NCBI GenBank assembly: GCA_944393565.1
Contig: CALYAM010000005.1
Coordinates: 11,405-75,404 of the forward strand
Direction: 5' to 3'
DNA length: 64,000 nt
Source of the DNA: an uncultured Clostridia bacterium
Lineage (GTDB): Bacteria > Bacillota > Clostridia > TANB77 > CAG-508
A model generated the notes under the pieces. That model made no database searches. It was not told where the DNA came from and saw only the letters and a program-made list of their open reading frames with translations. Shown one piece after another: positions 31,209 through 41,553 of the stretch (positions are counted from its first letter, which is position 1; each line of letters opens with the position of its first letter). A program made the translations under genes and the position numbers.

Positions 31209-32276
31209 ATGAAATTGGTAACAGAAAATAATAAAAAAGAGTATACAGAGTTTTTAAGCTTACATGACAGGTGTAATTTTCAGCAATCACTAGAATGGGG
31301 AAAAGTAAAAGAAAATTGGAATAATGAAGTAGTTCTTGCAGAAGACGAAAATGGAAAAATAATTGGATCAATTAGTGTTTTAATTAGAAAAATCCCGATT
31401 TTTGGGAAATTTATGTATTCATCTAGAGGTCCAGTGTGTGATATTTACAACAAAAAAGTATTAAAGCAACTAAAAGACGGACTTTGTGAACTTGCAAAAA
31501 GAGAAAATGCTTTTATATTAAAAATAGAGCCAGATATTAAAAGCGATGAAAAAAAATTCAGGGAAATAGTAGAAGAGCTAGGGTTTAAGATAAAAGACGA
31601 TGCCAAAAATTTTGCAGAAGAAATTCAACCAAGATATGTATTTAGATTAGATATAAAAGGAAAAACAGAAGAAGAAGTATTTGAAAATTTTCATTCAAAA
31701 ACAAGATATAATATACGTCTTGCAACAAAAAAAGGTGTGGAAATAAGAGAAGGAACTAAAAATGACTTAAAAGTTTTTCACAAAATTATGATTGAAACAG
31801 GAAAACGCGATGGTTTTATTATAAGACCTCTATCATATTTTGAAAAAATGTATGATGAATTAGCTCCAAACCATATGAAACTTTTAATGGCATATTATGA
31901 TGAAAAGCCAATAGCAGGGATTATTTTGATTATGTATGGAAGAAAAACATGGTATTTATACGGAGCAAGCAGTAATGAACATAGAAACTTGATGCCAAAT
32001 TATTTATTACAGTGGAAAGCAATTCAAGAAGCAATTAATTCAAAACATGATATGTATGATTTTAGAGGGGTATGTGGAATTGTAGACGAAACACATCCAC
32101 AATATGGTTTATATCGTTTTAAAAAAGGATTTGGAGCGGAATTTACAGAATTCATAGGAGAAGTATATATTCCATTTAAACCATTAAAATATAAACTTTA
32201 TAATTTATCGGAAAAGCTTTATAAAAAAATAGTACTTACAAAAAGCAAAATAAAAAAACAAGGGGAAAACAAATAA
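31209..32276 (+). CDS. FemAB-family peptidoglycan interpeptide-bridge aminoacyltransferase (FemX-like)
   Basis: 355-aa protein whose size and sequence are typical of the FemABX aminoacyl-tRNA-dependent transferase family. No single diagnostic motif identified. Confidence 0.7.
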   Translation: MKLVTENNKKEYTEFLSLHDRCNFQQSLEWGKVKENWNNEVVLAEDENGKIIGSISVLIRKIPIFGKFMYSSRGPVCDIYNKKVLKQLKDGLCELAKRENAFILKIEPDIKSDEKKFREIVEELGFKIKDDAKNFAEEIQPRYVFRLDIKGKTEEEVFENFHSKTRYNIRLATKKGVEIREGTKNDLKVFHKIMIETGKRDGFIIRPLSYFEKMYDELAPNHMKLLMAYYDEKPIAGIILIMYGRKTWYLYGASSNEHRNLMPNYLLQWKAIQEAINSKHDMYDFRGVCGIVDETHPQYGLYRFKKGFGAEFTEFIGEVYIPFKPLKYKLYNLSEKLYKKIVLTKSKIKKQGENK

Positions 32277-32289
32277 AAGGAGAAGTTAA

Positions 32290-33411
32290 TTGAAAGCACT
32301 TGTTATAGAAAAGGAAGATTTAATCCATAACATAAGAGCAATAAAAGAATTAGCAAAAAGAAATGGAACAGATGATAGCAAAAAGCCATATCAAATTATA
32401 GGTGTAGTAAAAGGAAATGGGTATGGACTAGGACTAATAGAATTTTCAAAAATATTAGTTGAACAAGGAATAAATATTTTAGCAGTATCATGTGTAGACG
32501 AAGCGATACGTATAAGAAAATCAAATATTAATGCAGATATATTATTGCTTTCATCAACATGCATACAAGAAGAAGTACAAGAATTAATTGATAATAATAT
32601 TATACTAACAATTGGCTCTACAATGGCAGCTGAAATTGCAAATAGACTTGCAAAGGCAAAAAACAAAAAAATAAGAGCACATATAAAAATAGATACAGGT
32701 TTTGGCAGATATGGATTTATATATGACAATATAAAAGAAATATTAGAAGTTTATAAAAACTTTCCAAATTTAAAAATAGAAGGAACATTTTCTCACTTTG
32801 CACAAAGCTATGAAAGAAAATTGGCATATACTAAAATACAATTTGATAGATTCATATCAGTTATAGAAACATTAAAACTAAATGGCATCAACCCAGGAAT
32901 ATTACACATATGCAATTCATCAGCTTTTTTACAGTATCCATATATGCATTTAAATGCAGCAAGAATTGGCTCAGCATTTTTAGGAAGAATTTTAGTACCA
33001 AATAAAATAGGGCTAAAAAAGATTGCAACATTAAACACTCAAATAGCAGAAATAAAAACATTGCCAACTGGATACAATATAGGATATTCATGTACAGAAA
33101 AAACAAAAAATCAAACAAAAATTGCAATTGTGCCAATAGGGTATGCAGATGGATATAATGTAAAAGCATCAAATGATATGTTCCGTTTGATAGACAGAAT
33201 AAGAGATTTATACAGAGCAACAAAAGCTCTGATAAAAAGGGGAAAACTAACAGTAACAATAAACGGGAAAAAATGTAAGGTGTTAGGACAAGTAGGAATG
33301 TATCATACTATAATAGATATTACAAAAATAGACGCAAAAATCGGTTCAGAAGTCGTATTTGACATAAAACCAATTTATGTACAAAGCAACATTAGGAGGG
33401 AGTATCACTAA
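32290..33411 (+). CDS. alr: alanine racemase (PLP-dependent)
   Basis: TTG start. PLP-lysine region 'GVVKGNGYGLG'. TIM-barrel plus C-terminal beta domain typical of Alr. Confidence 0.8.
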   Translation: MKALVIEKEDLIHNIRAIKELAKRNGTDDSKKPYQIIGVVKGNGYGLGLIEFSKILVEQGINILAVSCVDEAIRIRKSNINADILLLSSTCIQEEVQELIDNNIILTIGSTMAAEIANRLAKAKNKKIRAHIKIDTGFGRYGFIYDNIKEILEVYKNFPNLKIEGTFSHFAQSYERKLAYTKIQFDRFISVIETLKLNGINPGILHICNSSAFLQYPYMHLNAARIGSAFLGRILVPNKIGLKKIATLNTQIAEIKTLPTGYNIGYSCTEKTKNQTKIAIVPIGYADGYNVKASNDMFRLIDRIRDLYRATKALIKRGKLTVTINGKKCKVLGQVGMYHTIIDITKIDAKIGSEVVFDIKPIYVQSNIRREYH

Positions 33412-34422
33412 ATGAATGAAAACAAGCAAAAAAAAATTTCATTTTTTAAAAGAATAAAATTAGCCATTTTCAATTTGGAAAACTATGATATGTTTGCTGC
33501 TGAGCCATTATTGAAAGCAATAGGCTATTTTATTAAATTAGTTTTACTTTTTTCTGCCATAATTAGTATAGCGATCACACATAATTTTATAACAGACTAT
33601 AAAAATACAATTAAATATGTAGAAGAAAATATTCCTGACTTTACTTATCAAGATGGGAATATAATTGTAAAACAAGAAGATACTATTGTACAAGAACAAG
33701 AAGAAGGGGTAATTATAATTAATACACTAATGACATCAGAAAGTGATGAAGCAAAAGAACAAATAGAAAAACTTAAGACATATCAAAATGGTGTATTATT
33801 GATGAAAGATAAATTTGCTTTAAAACTATATACCTCTCAGCAAATTGGATTATATACATACCAAGATATACTAGGTAATATTGAAATCCAAAGTTTTACA
33901 AAAGCAGAGGCAATAGAATATTTAAAAAACATACCAACAGTATCAATTGGAACAGCATTTTATTTGATTTCAGTTATGTATTTATTTACAATATATATTA
34001 TTATAATTACAATGGACATTTTAATACTCTCACTTTTAGGATTATTAACATCACGCATAGCAAAGATAAGATTACGTTATGTACCAATAATAAATATGTC
34101 AATTTATGCTTTAACATTACCAATATTATTAAACGCATTGTATATAATAATAAACACATTAACAGGTTTTGAAATACAATATTTCCAAATTGTATATAAC
34201 GCAATATCATACATTTACTTAGTAACAGCAATTTTAATGATTAAATCTGAAATGATAAAGCAACAAATCGAATTGATGAGATTAGCAGATGAACAAAAAA
34301 AAGTTAAGGAAGAACTAGAGAAAACAAAGGAAGAGGAAAAAGACAAGGACAAAGAAAAAAAAGAGGAAAAAGGCAAAAAAGATAACAAAGAAAATGGAGA
34401 GGCACCAGAAGGTACTACGTAA
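33412..34422 (+). CDS. membrane protein (DUF1189-like?) with an acidic/lysine-rich C-terminal tail
   Basis: Multiple TM helices. Charged low-complexity tail EEKDKDKEKKEEKGKKDNKEN. The family assignment is tentative. Confidence 0.4.
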   Translation: MNENKQKKISFFKRIKLAIFNLENYDMFAAEPLLKAIGYFIKLVLLFSAIISIAITHNFITDYKNTIKYVEENIPDFTYQDGNIIVKQEDTIVQEQEEGVIIINTLMTSESDEAKEQIEKLKTYQNGVLLMKDKFALKLYTSQQIGLYTYQDILGNIEIQSFTKAEAIEYLKNIPTVSIGTAFYLISVMYLFTIYIIIITMDILILSLLGLLTSRIAKIRLRYVPIINMSIYALTLPILLNALYIIINTLTGFEIQYFQIVYNAISYIYLVTAILMIKSEMIKQQIELMRLADEQKKVKEELEKTKEEEKDKDKEKKEEKGKKDNKENGEAPEGTT

Positions 34423-34457
34423 AAATTTGAAGATAATTATAAATATAGGAGGATTTA

Positions 34458-36254
34458 ATGAAAGACAAGCCAGAAAAAAACAAAGAGAAATTATATTATT
34501 CGATATTAACTATAGTAGCAATACTTTCAATTATATTAGTTGCAACAGTATTTATTATGCAATCGCAAAAAAAAGATGACAACATGGAAATAGCATATAC
34601 AGAATTAATAAAGAAGGTAACAGCAGGTGAAGTAGAAAAAATTGAAATGACAATAGGAAGCACAACAGTAAAAGTAAAATTAAAAGGAATGGAAGAAGGA
34701 GAGGAAAAAACAGCAATTGTTCCAAATACGCAAGCATTTATTGAACTAATCCAAGAAGAAACACTAAAAGGAAATGAAATAATCTTAAATCAAAAGCCAG
34801 CAAGTGTTTTTTTGAAAATTTTTGATGCTTTATTTAGCTTATTACCAACCATAATGATTGTTATTCTATTTATTCTTATTTTCAAAATGCAAGGTCTAGG
34901 AGATAAAGGCAAAATTTATGGAGGAGAAGAAAATGTAAATACAGGAGTTACATTTAAAGATGTGGCTGGGTTGGATGAAGAAAAAGCTGAACTAATGGAG
35001 GTTGTAGACTTTTTAAAAACACCAGAAAAATTTCAAAAAATGGGAGCAAAAATTCCAAGAGGAATATTATTATATGGAAAACCTGGTACAGGAAAAACAC
35101 TAATAGCAAAAGCAATTGCAGGGGAAGCGGGAGTTCCATTTATTAGTATGAGTGGATCTGAATTCATAGAGATGTTTGCAGGATTAGGAGCATCAAGAGT
35201 AAGGAAATTATTTGAAAAAGCGAAAAAAATATCACCTTGCATAGTGTTTATAGATGAAATCGATGCAATTGGCTCTAGAAGAACAAGCTCGAGTGGAGGA
35301 GAATCAGAAAACAACCAAACATTAAATCAATTACTTGTAGAAATGGATGGCTTTGAAAGTACAGAAACTGTAATAGTTCTAGCAGCAACTAACAGGCCAG
35401 AAATGCTTGATAAAGCTTTGCTAAGACCAGGTAGATTTGATAGACAAATAACAATCGCGGCACCAGACTTAAATGGAAGAGAAGCAATTTTAAAAACACA
35501 TTCTAAAGGAAAGAGGTTTAGTGGTGACATAAATTTAAAAGAAATTGCTGGGGAAACAGCAGGATTTACAGGAGCAGAGTTAGCTAATATTTTAAATGAA
35601 TCTGCAATTATTGCAACAATTAGAGGCCATAATGAAATTCAAAAAGTTGACTTAGAAGATGCTGTAAAAAAAGTAACAGTAGGTTTAGAAAAACATAACC
35701 GAGTTATATCAGAAAAGGACAAAAAACTTACAGCATATCATGAGGCAGGACATGCCATTGTAAGCAAATTTTTGCCAACACAGCAAGATGTAAAAGAGGT
35801 ATCAATTATTCCAAGGGGTATTGCTGGTGGCTATACTATGTATAAGACAAATGAAGATAAATATTATATCTCAAAAACAGAAATGAAAGAAAAATTAGTA
35901 GCACTTCTAGGAGGAAGAGCAGCAGAAAAAATAGCATTAGACGATATATCAACAGGCGCAAGTAATGATATTGAGGTTGCAACAGAAATTGCAAAAGATA
36001 TGGTAACAACATATGGAATGAGCGATATAATAGGACCAATTTCATTAAAACCAAAAGAGCCATATGAACAAAGTATGTTTGGAGAAAATATGGATACACT
36101 AATTGGCTCAGAAGTGAAAGAATTGATTGATAATGCATACAAAATAGCACAACAAATAATTTTAGCACATATGGATATATTGCATGCAGTTGCTGAAAGG
36201 CTACTACAAAAAGAAATTATATCTGCAGAAGAGTTTGACGAATTTTTTGTTTAA
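34458..36254 (+). CDS. ftsH: ATP-dependent zinc metalloprotease FtsH
   Basis: Two TM segments. AAA Walker A 'GKPGTGKT', SRH region, and zinc motif 'HEAGHAIV'. Confidence 0.9.
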   Translation: MKDKPEKNKEKLYYSILTIVAILSIILVATVFIMQSQKKDDNMEIAYTELIKKVTAGEVEKIEMTIGSTTVKVKLKGMEEGEEKTAIVPNTQAFIELIQEETLKGNEIILNQKPASVFLKIFDALFSLLPTIMIVILFILIFKMQGLGDKGKIYGGEENVNTGVTFKDVAGLDEEKAELMEVVDFLKTPEKFQKMGAKIPRGILLYGKPGTGKTLIAKAIAGEAGVPFISMSGSEFIEMFAGLGASRVRKLFEKAKKISPCIVFIDEIDAIGSRRTSSSGGESENNQTLNQLLVEMDGFESTETVIVLAATNRPEMLDKALLRPGRFDRQITIAAPDLNGREAILKTHSKGKRFSGDINLKEIAGETAGFTGAELANILNESAIIATIRGHNEIQKVDLEDAVKKVTVGLEKHNRVISEKDKKLTAYHEAGHAIVSKFLPTQQDVKEVSIIPRGIAGGYTMYKTNEDKYYISKTEMKEKLVALLGGRAAEKIALDDISTGASNDIEVATEIAKDMVTTYGMSDIIGPISLKPKEPYEQSMFGENMDTLIGSEVKELIDNAYKIAQQIILAHMDILHAVAERLLQKEIISAEEFDEFFV

Positions 36255-36259
36255 AAATC

Positions 36260-36295
36260 TGAGAGGTGTTGCAAAAGAAAATGCAATACCTCTCA
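36260..36295. terminator. bidirectional terminator between ftsH (+) and the rluD-like gene (-)
   Basis: Inverted repeat tgagaggtgttgca / tgcaatacctctca flanked by A/T runs on both sides. Confidence 0.55.
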
Positions 36296-37199
36296 AATAA
36301 TGTTACTAAAATATTCAGGAAGCGAAATAGTAAATTCTTTATCATGTAAATATTCTAACAAACCACTATAAGTAGAAAAAGAAAATTTTAAATAATAACT
36401 ACATAAACACTGTGTTTTTTGCTTCCAAATTTTATTTATTTCATTATTACCATATTTTCCGATCACCCAAAACAAAATGTCCAATATGAGCTAAATGGGC
36501 ACGTATTTGATGTGTTCTACCGGTCTTAAGAATTATTTCAACCATAGAAAGATTTTTTGTTTTAGATTCTTTTAATACTTTATAACCAGTAATGATTTTT
36601 AAATACCCCTTTTTTTGAGTATCCGAAACATATACAATGCTTTTTTTAGCATCTTTAAATAAATATGCAGTTAAAGTATCCTTTTTTTTATGAAATATAC
36701 CATTACATATACAAACATAATGCTTTTCAATTTCATGATATTTGAACTTCTGAAGTAAAATATCTAATGCATCAGAAGTTTTAGCAAAAAGTACAATACC
36801 AAAAGTATTTCGGTCAAGTCTATGACATGGAGCTATAAATAAATATTTTTTCTTAAGCAAATTTACTAAAGAATTTTCTTCACCTATAACCGAAATCCCA
36901 GCAGGCTTATTTACGATTAATATATAATTGTCTTCATAAACTACATCAATAAAAGGCTCATTTTTAGGAACCATGTGTGGCAAATAAACGACAATTTCAT
37001 CCCCTGCATGAACCAAAACATTGGAGCTTTGCCTGTTTCCGTTAAGTTTTATGTCTTTTTTTCTAAGTAATTTGTAAAAAGTAGAAATCGAAAAATTATC
37101 TATGGTAGATAGCAAAACATGGCTTAGCTTTTTTCCATTAAATATTTTTTTTACAATAATTTTTTTCATTTCCATATAAAAATTATACAAAAAAAACAA
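36293..37199 (-). CDS. RluA-family 23S rRNA pseudouridine synthase (RluD-like, S4 N-terminal domain), containing an in-frame CGG +1 site
   Basis: 'HRLDRNTFGIVLFAK' catalytic Asp motif. The C-terminus 'GRTHQIRAHLAHIGHFVLGD' hits CGG (plus-strand CCG 36459..36461) followed by a stop. Skipping its C gives '...GDGKYGNNEINKIW...LPEYFSNII', which continues into the 63-aa ORF 36293..36484. The track lists that ORF as '+', but its codons read on the minus strand. Confidence 0.8.
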
Positions 37200-37273
37200 G
37201 AATTTTGCAAACGATGGATAAAAATAGTGAGATATTGTATAATATATATAATAGAGAAGGGAATGATATTAAA

Positions 37274-39715
37274 ATGAAAAAAAACATAAAAATAATAATA
37301 CAAATTGTGATATTTCTAGCATGTCTTTTATGTGTAAATAAAGTTGAGGCAGCTATAATCACGAGTGACCATTATTTAATATCAGAAGGTACCGATAATA
37401 ACTTATATATAAAAGGAATTTTAACAGATACAACAATCAATGATATAATAGGAGATATACAACATTCAAGTGACAATATACAAGCATTTAATGCTGACGG
37501 TAGTGGGGCAAGAAAAGAAAGTATTGCAAAAACAGGAATGAAATTGAAAATAGACGAAACCAACTATTACTTGGTTGTATGCGGAGATGTAAACGGGGAT
37601 GGGAAAATAACACAAACTGACTTAATAAAAATGAAATTTCAACTAGTAAAAAAAGAAGAACAAAAGGGTGCATATTTAGAAGCATGTGATATTGACAGCA
37701 ATGGTAAACTTGGAAGTACAGATTTGCTAAAAATAAAAAGGGTATTGACTAAGATAATAACTCAGGAGGAAATATATTTAACATCAAGCCAAACAAAGGA
37801 TTTTAAATATACAATTAATAATCTTACAAAAGCAGTAACAATAACAGAATATATTGGTACAAATGCTGATGTAATAATACCAAATAGAATAGGAGAGTAT
37901 GAAGTTAATAAAATAGATTTTATTGGAAACGATATAATAACTAGTATTAGTGTGCCAATAAATGTTGAAAATATATCAGCAAACTCATGGAAGGAATGTA
38001 GCAACTTAACTACTATCACAGTAAACCCAAGTAATGCAAATTACAGAAGCATAGATGGAATACTGTATAGCAAAGATGAGACTAAATTAATAAGATATCC
38101 TCAAGCGAAAGAAGATGAAACATACCAAATAGATGAGGATGTAAGAACAATAGCGGAAGGAGCATTTTACAAAACTAAGAACTTAAAAGAATTAATTATA
38201 CCTAAAACAGTGCAAACAATAGAAACAAATAGCTTTTATAAGTGGGATGGCTATATCATAGGAAAGAACAACACTGTGGGTATAGATTTTGCAAAATCAA
38301 ATGGAGTACTATATAAAATAGATATGCCACCAGAAATTACAAAAGCAGAAAGCAACAAAGAACTAATGCAAACTTCAGAAATTCAGATAATAGCTAGTGA
38401 TGATTATGGAATTACTGGGTGGCAAGTAACTTCAACAAATGAAGAGCCTACGAGATGGACTCTAGTAAACAACTTAAGAACTCTAGAAGTAACAAAAGAT
38501 AGAATAACAGAAAATGGAACATATTATGTATGGGTCAGAGACACACAAAATGATACAAGCATGAAAGAAGTTAAAGTAGAAAATGTTGATAGAGAAGAAT
38601 TAGTAGTCCAGAGTATAGGAATTATAAGTCCAGCAAGTGGCACATATTCATCTGGACAGAGAATAGTAATTAGAGTAGTATTTAATAAAAATATAACAGG
38701 CACACCTCCTACATTAAAACTAAGGATTGGTAACAAAATTGGAACAGGAACTATGAGTTCTACATCTCCAGATGCAAGTACAAATTACATTGATTATACA
38801 TATTTTTCAGGTGATGAAAGTGGACTCGTAGAAATAGATAGCTTAACAGGTGGAGATATTAGAGACTTAGCAGGTAACAGTGCAATAATCACAACAAAAA
38901 ACAACACAGGAAACAAGATTGTGCTTGCAGATGAAATATTAGAGATACATTACATTAATGTTCCAAGAAGATATTATAGTAATGGAGAAATAAGAGACTT
39001 TCAAGGTGATTCTATAATAATTACATCAGGTGGAGAAACAATGCTACTTGATGGTGGCTATGAAACATACAATGGATCTTCGGGAACAGCAAAAGATATT
39101 GCAAATTACTTAGAAGAAAAAGGAATTAAAAAGTTAAAGTATGTAATTGCATCACATGAACATAATGACCACGTAGGGGGACTTGCAGAATTCTTGGATG
39201 AATATAGAAACATAGAAGTAGAGGAATTTTATTCTTCACCATATTTTAGAGCAGATAGCTCAGCCACATTTAATATAGGAAGTATTTTAAATGAAAGAGG
39301 AATAACAAGGAAAACACTTAGAGTAGGAGACATTTTAACATTAGGTTCAACTGCAATTGAGTGTTTAGGACCTCTTACAGAGCATAGTCACCAAAGTAGT
39401 GAAGAGGAAAACCAAAATTCACTTATATTAAAAATTTCATTAGGAAATACATCTTATCTAACATGTGGAGATGCAGACAATGCAAACACAAATGCTGAGT
39501 TAGCAAAACGCTGGGGAGACAACTTAAAGTGCACAGTATTACACTTAGCACATCATGGCGGAGGACCAAATAATGCGGCATTTATGGAAGCTGCGAATCC
39601 AACAATACAAGTTGCAAGTTCTGGCTGGTTAGAAAGTTCACCAAGCGTTTATAGTACTCTAAATGGTGAATTTACAATTTACTTAGATGGGGAAACAGTA
39701 AGAGTAGAACGATAA
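37274..39715 (+). CDS. secreted multidomain protein: signal peptide, dockerin-like Ca-binding repeats, BspA-type leucine-rich repeats, and a C-terminal ComEC/Rec2-type metallo-beta-lactamase domain
   Basis: Signal 'MKKNIKIIIQIVIFLACLLCVNKVEA'. Dockerin repeats 'DVNGDGKITQTD' and 'DIDSNGKLGSTD'. LRR_5-like 'NLTTITVNPSNANYRSIDGILYS...'. MBL motif 'IASHEHNDHVGG' ... 'LHLAHHGGG'. Confidence 0.6.
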   Translation: MKKNIKIIIQIVIFLACLLCVNKVEAAIITSDHYLISEGTDNNLYIKGILTDTTINDIIGDIQHSSDNIQAFNADGSGARKESIAKTGMKLKIDETNYYLVVCGDVNGDGKITQTDLIKMKFQLVKKEEQKGAYLEACDIDSNGKLGSTDLLKIKRVLTKIITQEEIYLTSSQTKDFKYTINNLTKAVTITEYIGTNADVIIPNRIGEYEVNKIDFIGNDIITSISVPINVENISANSWKECSNLTTITVNPSNANYRSIDGILYSKDETKLIRYPQAKEDETYQIDEDVRTIAEGAFYKTKNLKELIIPKTVQTIETNSFYKWDGYIIGKNNTVGIDFAKSNGVLYKIDMPPEITKAESNKELMQTSEIQIIASDDYGITGWQVTSTNEEPTRWTLVNNLRTLEVTKDRITENGTYYVWVRDTQNDTSMKEVKVENVDREELVVQSIGIISPASGTYSSGQRIVIRVVFNKNITGTPPTLKLRIGNKIGTGTMSSTSPDASTNYIDYTYFSGDESGLVEIDSLTGGDIRDLAGNSAIITTKNNTGNKIVLADEILEIHYINVPRRYYSNGEIRDFQGDSIIITSGGETMLLDGGYETYNGSSGTAKDIANYLEEKGIKKLKYVIASHEHNDHVGGLAEFLDEYRNIEVEEFYSSPYFRADSSATFNIGSILNERGITRKTLRVGDILTLGSTAIECLGPLTEHSHQSSEEENQNSLILKISLGNTSYLTCGDADNANTNAELAKRWGDNLKCTVLHLAHHGGGPNNAAFMEAANPTIQVASSGWLESSPSVYSTLNGEFTIYLDGETVRVER

Positions 39716-39801
39716 TGTGATTTAATTTAGAAGAACGATTGATTTTTTTATAAAACTATGCTAGAATACTAATGTTAAAAGAAACACTTGGAGGAATAAG
39801 A

Positions 39802-40050
39802 ATGGAAATTGTAAAATATGTTTTAATTGTAATTTATGCTATTAACTGTTTAGCACTTATTATAGTAGCAATGTTACAATCAAAAGATGATGCAGGAGCA
39901 TCAGGAACGATAGTGGGTTCAACAACAAATAATTTTTATGAAAAAAATAAAGGAAGAACTAAAGAAGGCATGTTAAAGAAATGGACAATTATATTAGGAA
40001 TAATATTTGCAATTCTCACGATTATATTAAGCATTGTATATGCGATGTAA
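39802..40050 (+). CDS. secG: preprotein translocase subunit SecG
   Basis: Two TM helices with the central Gly-rich loop 'QSKDDAGASGTIVGS'. GGAGG RBS. Confidence 0.8.
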   Translation: MEIVKYVLIVIYAINCLALIIVAMLQSKDDAGASGTIVGSTTNNFYEKNKGRTKEGMLKKWTIILGIIFAILTIILSIVYAM

Positions 40051-40065
40051 TATAAACAAAAAGCT

Positions 40066-40100
40066 AAAAAAGGAATGATATTTTTCATTCCTTTTTTAGC
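40066..40100 (+). terminator. rho-independent terminator of secG
   Basis: aaaaaggaatga ... tcattccttttt hairpin plus a T-run. Confidence 0.6.
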
Positions 40101-40137
40101 TATAAATCCTTAGCTATGATTATATAAACAATAAAAT

Positions 40138-40308
40138 CTAAGTTAAATACATAGCAATAAAAAATAAAACATAAGAAAATACTGAAAAGAGTATTACAAA
40201 AGTACCACCAAAAAAATTTTTCTGTTTTAATTCAAAAATTCCATATGAAATTGTTTTAATACTAAAGATAGTAGCAATAATATAAAAAATAATTACAAGC
40301 AAATTCAT
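40138..40308 (-). CDS. small two-TM membrane protein (56 aa), possible germinant-receptor D-subunit-like gene at the end of the ger operon
   Basis: GGTGGTG RBS about 10 nt before ATG. Translation MNLLVIIFYIIATIFSIKTISYGIFELKQKNFFGGTFVILFSVFSYVLFFIAMYLT. Starts 20 nt after the gerC stop. Below the track cutoff. Confidence 0.35.
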   Translation of the reverse strand: MNLLVIIFYIIATIFSIKTISYGIFELKQKNFFGGTFVILFSVFSYVLFFIAMYLT

Positions 40309-40328
40309 TATTATAACACCACCAATTT

Positions 40329-41553
40329 TTAATTTTTAACTAATAAATAAGGACTAGTTAATTGTATTGATATATTTACATGGAACGTAGAATCAGGATA
40401 TAAATTTAACCAATCTAAGTTTTCCCAATCATCAATAAAAATATAATCATTTAACAAATACTTCCCAAAATCTGCAATATCTGCATGCATTTTTTTGGAG
40501 GTAAGATAAAGATAAAAAAGGATATTTTTTTCTAAATAGGAAATAGCGTTTTTTTCTAATGATTTTAAATTCTCTTCAGATTTTAAATCTAAGTCATGCT
40601 CCATAGACAAAACAGAAGCAACAATAGGAATGTCTATACAAATATAAGGGGAACCATTTAAAATAGACACATCTATTTTAGCGTTGCCATCTTCTTTAAT
40701 AAACAAATTAATGATTCCATTTTCATTAAATGGACTTGGTACAGAAACAACAGAAGAATTAAATTGACTTGTACACATTAGATGAGAAAGAGCATTCATT
40801 GCATTTAACTCGCCTACTAATTTATCACCATTAAAAACTGCAAGTCCCATGTTTTCTAAATTAGTTGCGTTTTTTATGGGTGTCTCATTAGCTTTATAAC
40901 TACTATCAAGTTCAATATATGGTATATTAACATTTGAGGCTTCCTCTCCAGAATCAGAATTTATACCACCTAATATGGCAATAGGCTGGCAAGTTTTACT
41001 TTTTAGTGCATTGTAAAAAGAAAACAAAGTGGTAGTTGCAGTATAACCAGTATATTGTGAAGAATTTAAAACCTGTTCATAATAACGTGCAGACAATGTT
41101 TCAAGTGTAGGCTTAGAATTATTTAAAAAATCTTCAGCACTACATCTAGAAACAACAATATTACAATCTGGTCTAACTTCTACGTTATTAATAAAGGAGG
41201 AAATATAATCACCAATACCTTCTACTGCTAATGATTCTGAAATTACAATTACTTTTGCATGTGATAAATTTACCTGTTTACTAATATAACTATTAATAAG
41301 ATTGATACCAGAATCAATGCTATTACATTCAACAGTTGTAATACTTGTGCTAGTATATTGCTGGGTAGATTCACTACTATTAGAGCCGAGGAGAGGCAAA
41401 TTGTAAAGAAAGTCGCAAAAGATTACTATTTCCTTTATCAATTCCTATTGCAACAGCATATGAAAGTGTTTCAACTCCTCTTGCATCATAACATCCTGTA
41501 AGAGAAAACAACATAAGAGGCAATAAGAGCAAAACAATAAAATGCCTTATCAT
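40329..41553 (-). CDS. spore germination receptor C subunit (GerxC lipoprotein), containing an in-frame CGG +1 site
   Basis: True start is the ATG at 41553, overlapping the gerB stop. Signal plus lipobox 'LFSLTGCYDA'. The in-frame CGG (plus-strand CCG 41386..41388) is followed by a stop after 2 codons. Skipping its C gives '...LQFASPGSNSSESTQQY...' continuous with the 370-aa body. Confidence 0.75.

Noticed and set aside
34394-34579. 61-aa ORF overlapping the ftsH start
   Set aside because: It overlaps the ftsH RBS and N-terminus in another frame and has no independent support.
36293-36484. Track ORF listed as '+' (MDILFW…)
   Set aside because: It is not an independent gene. The codons read on the minus strand, and it is the C-terminal continuation of the rluD-like gene after its CGG site.
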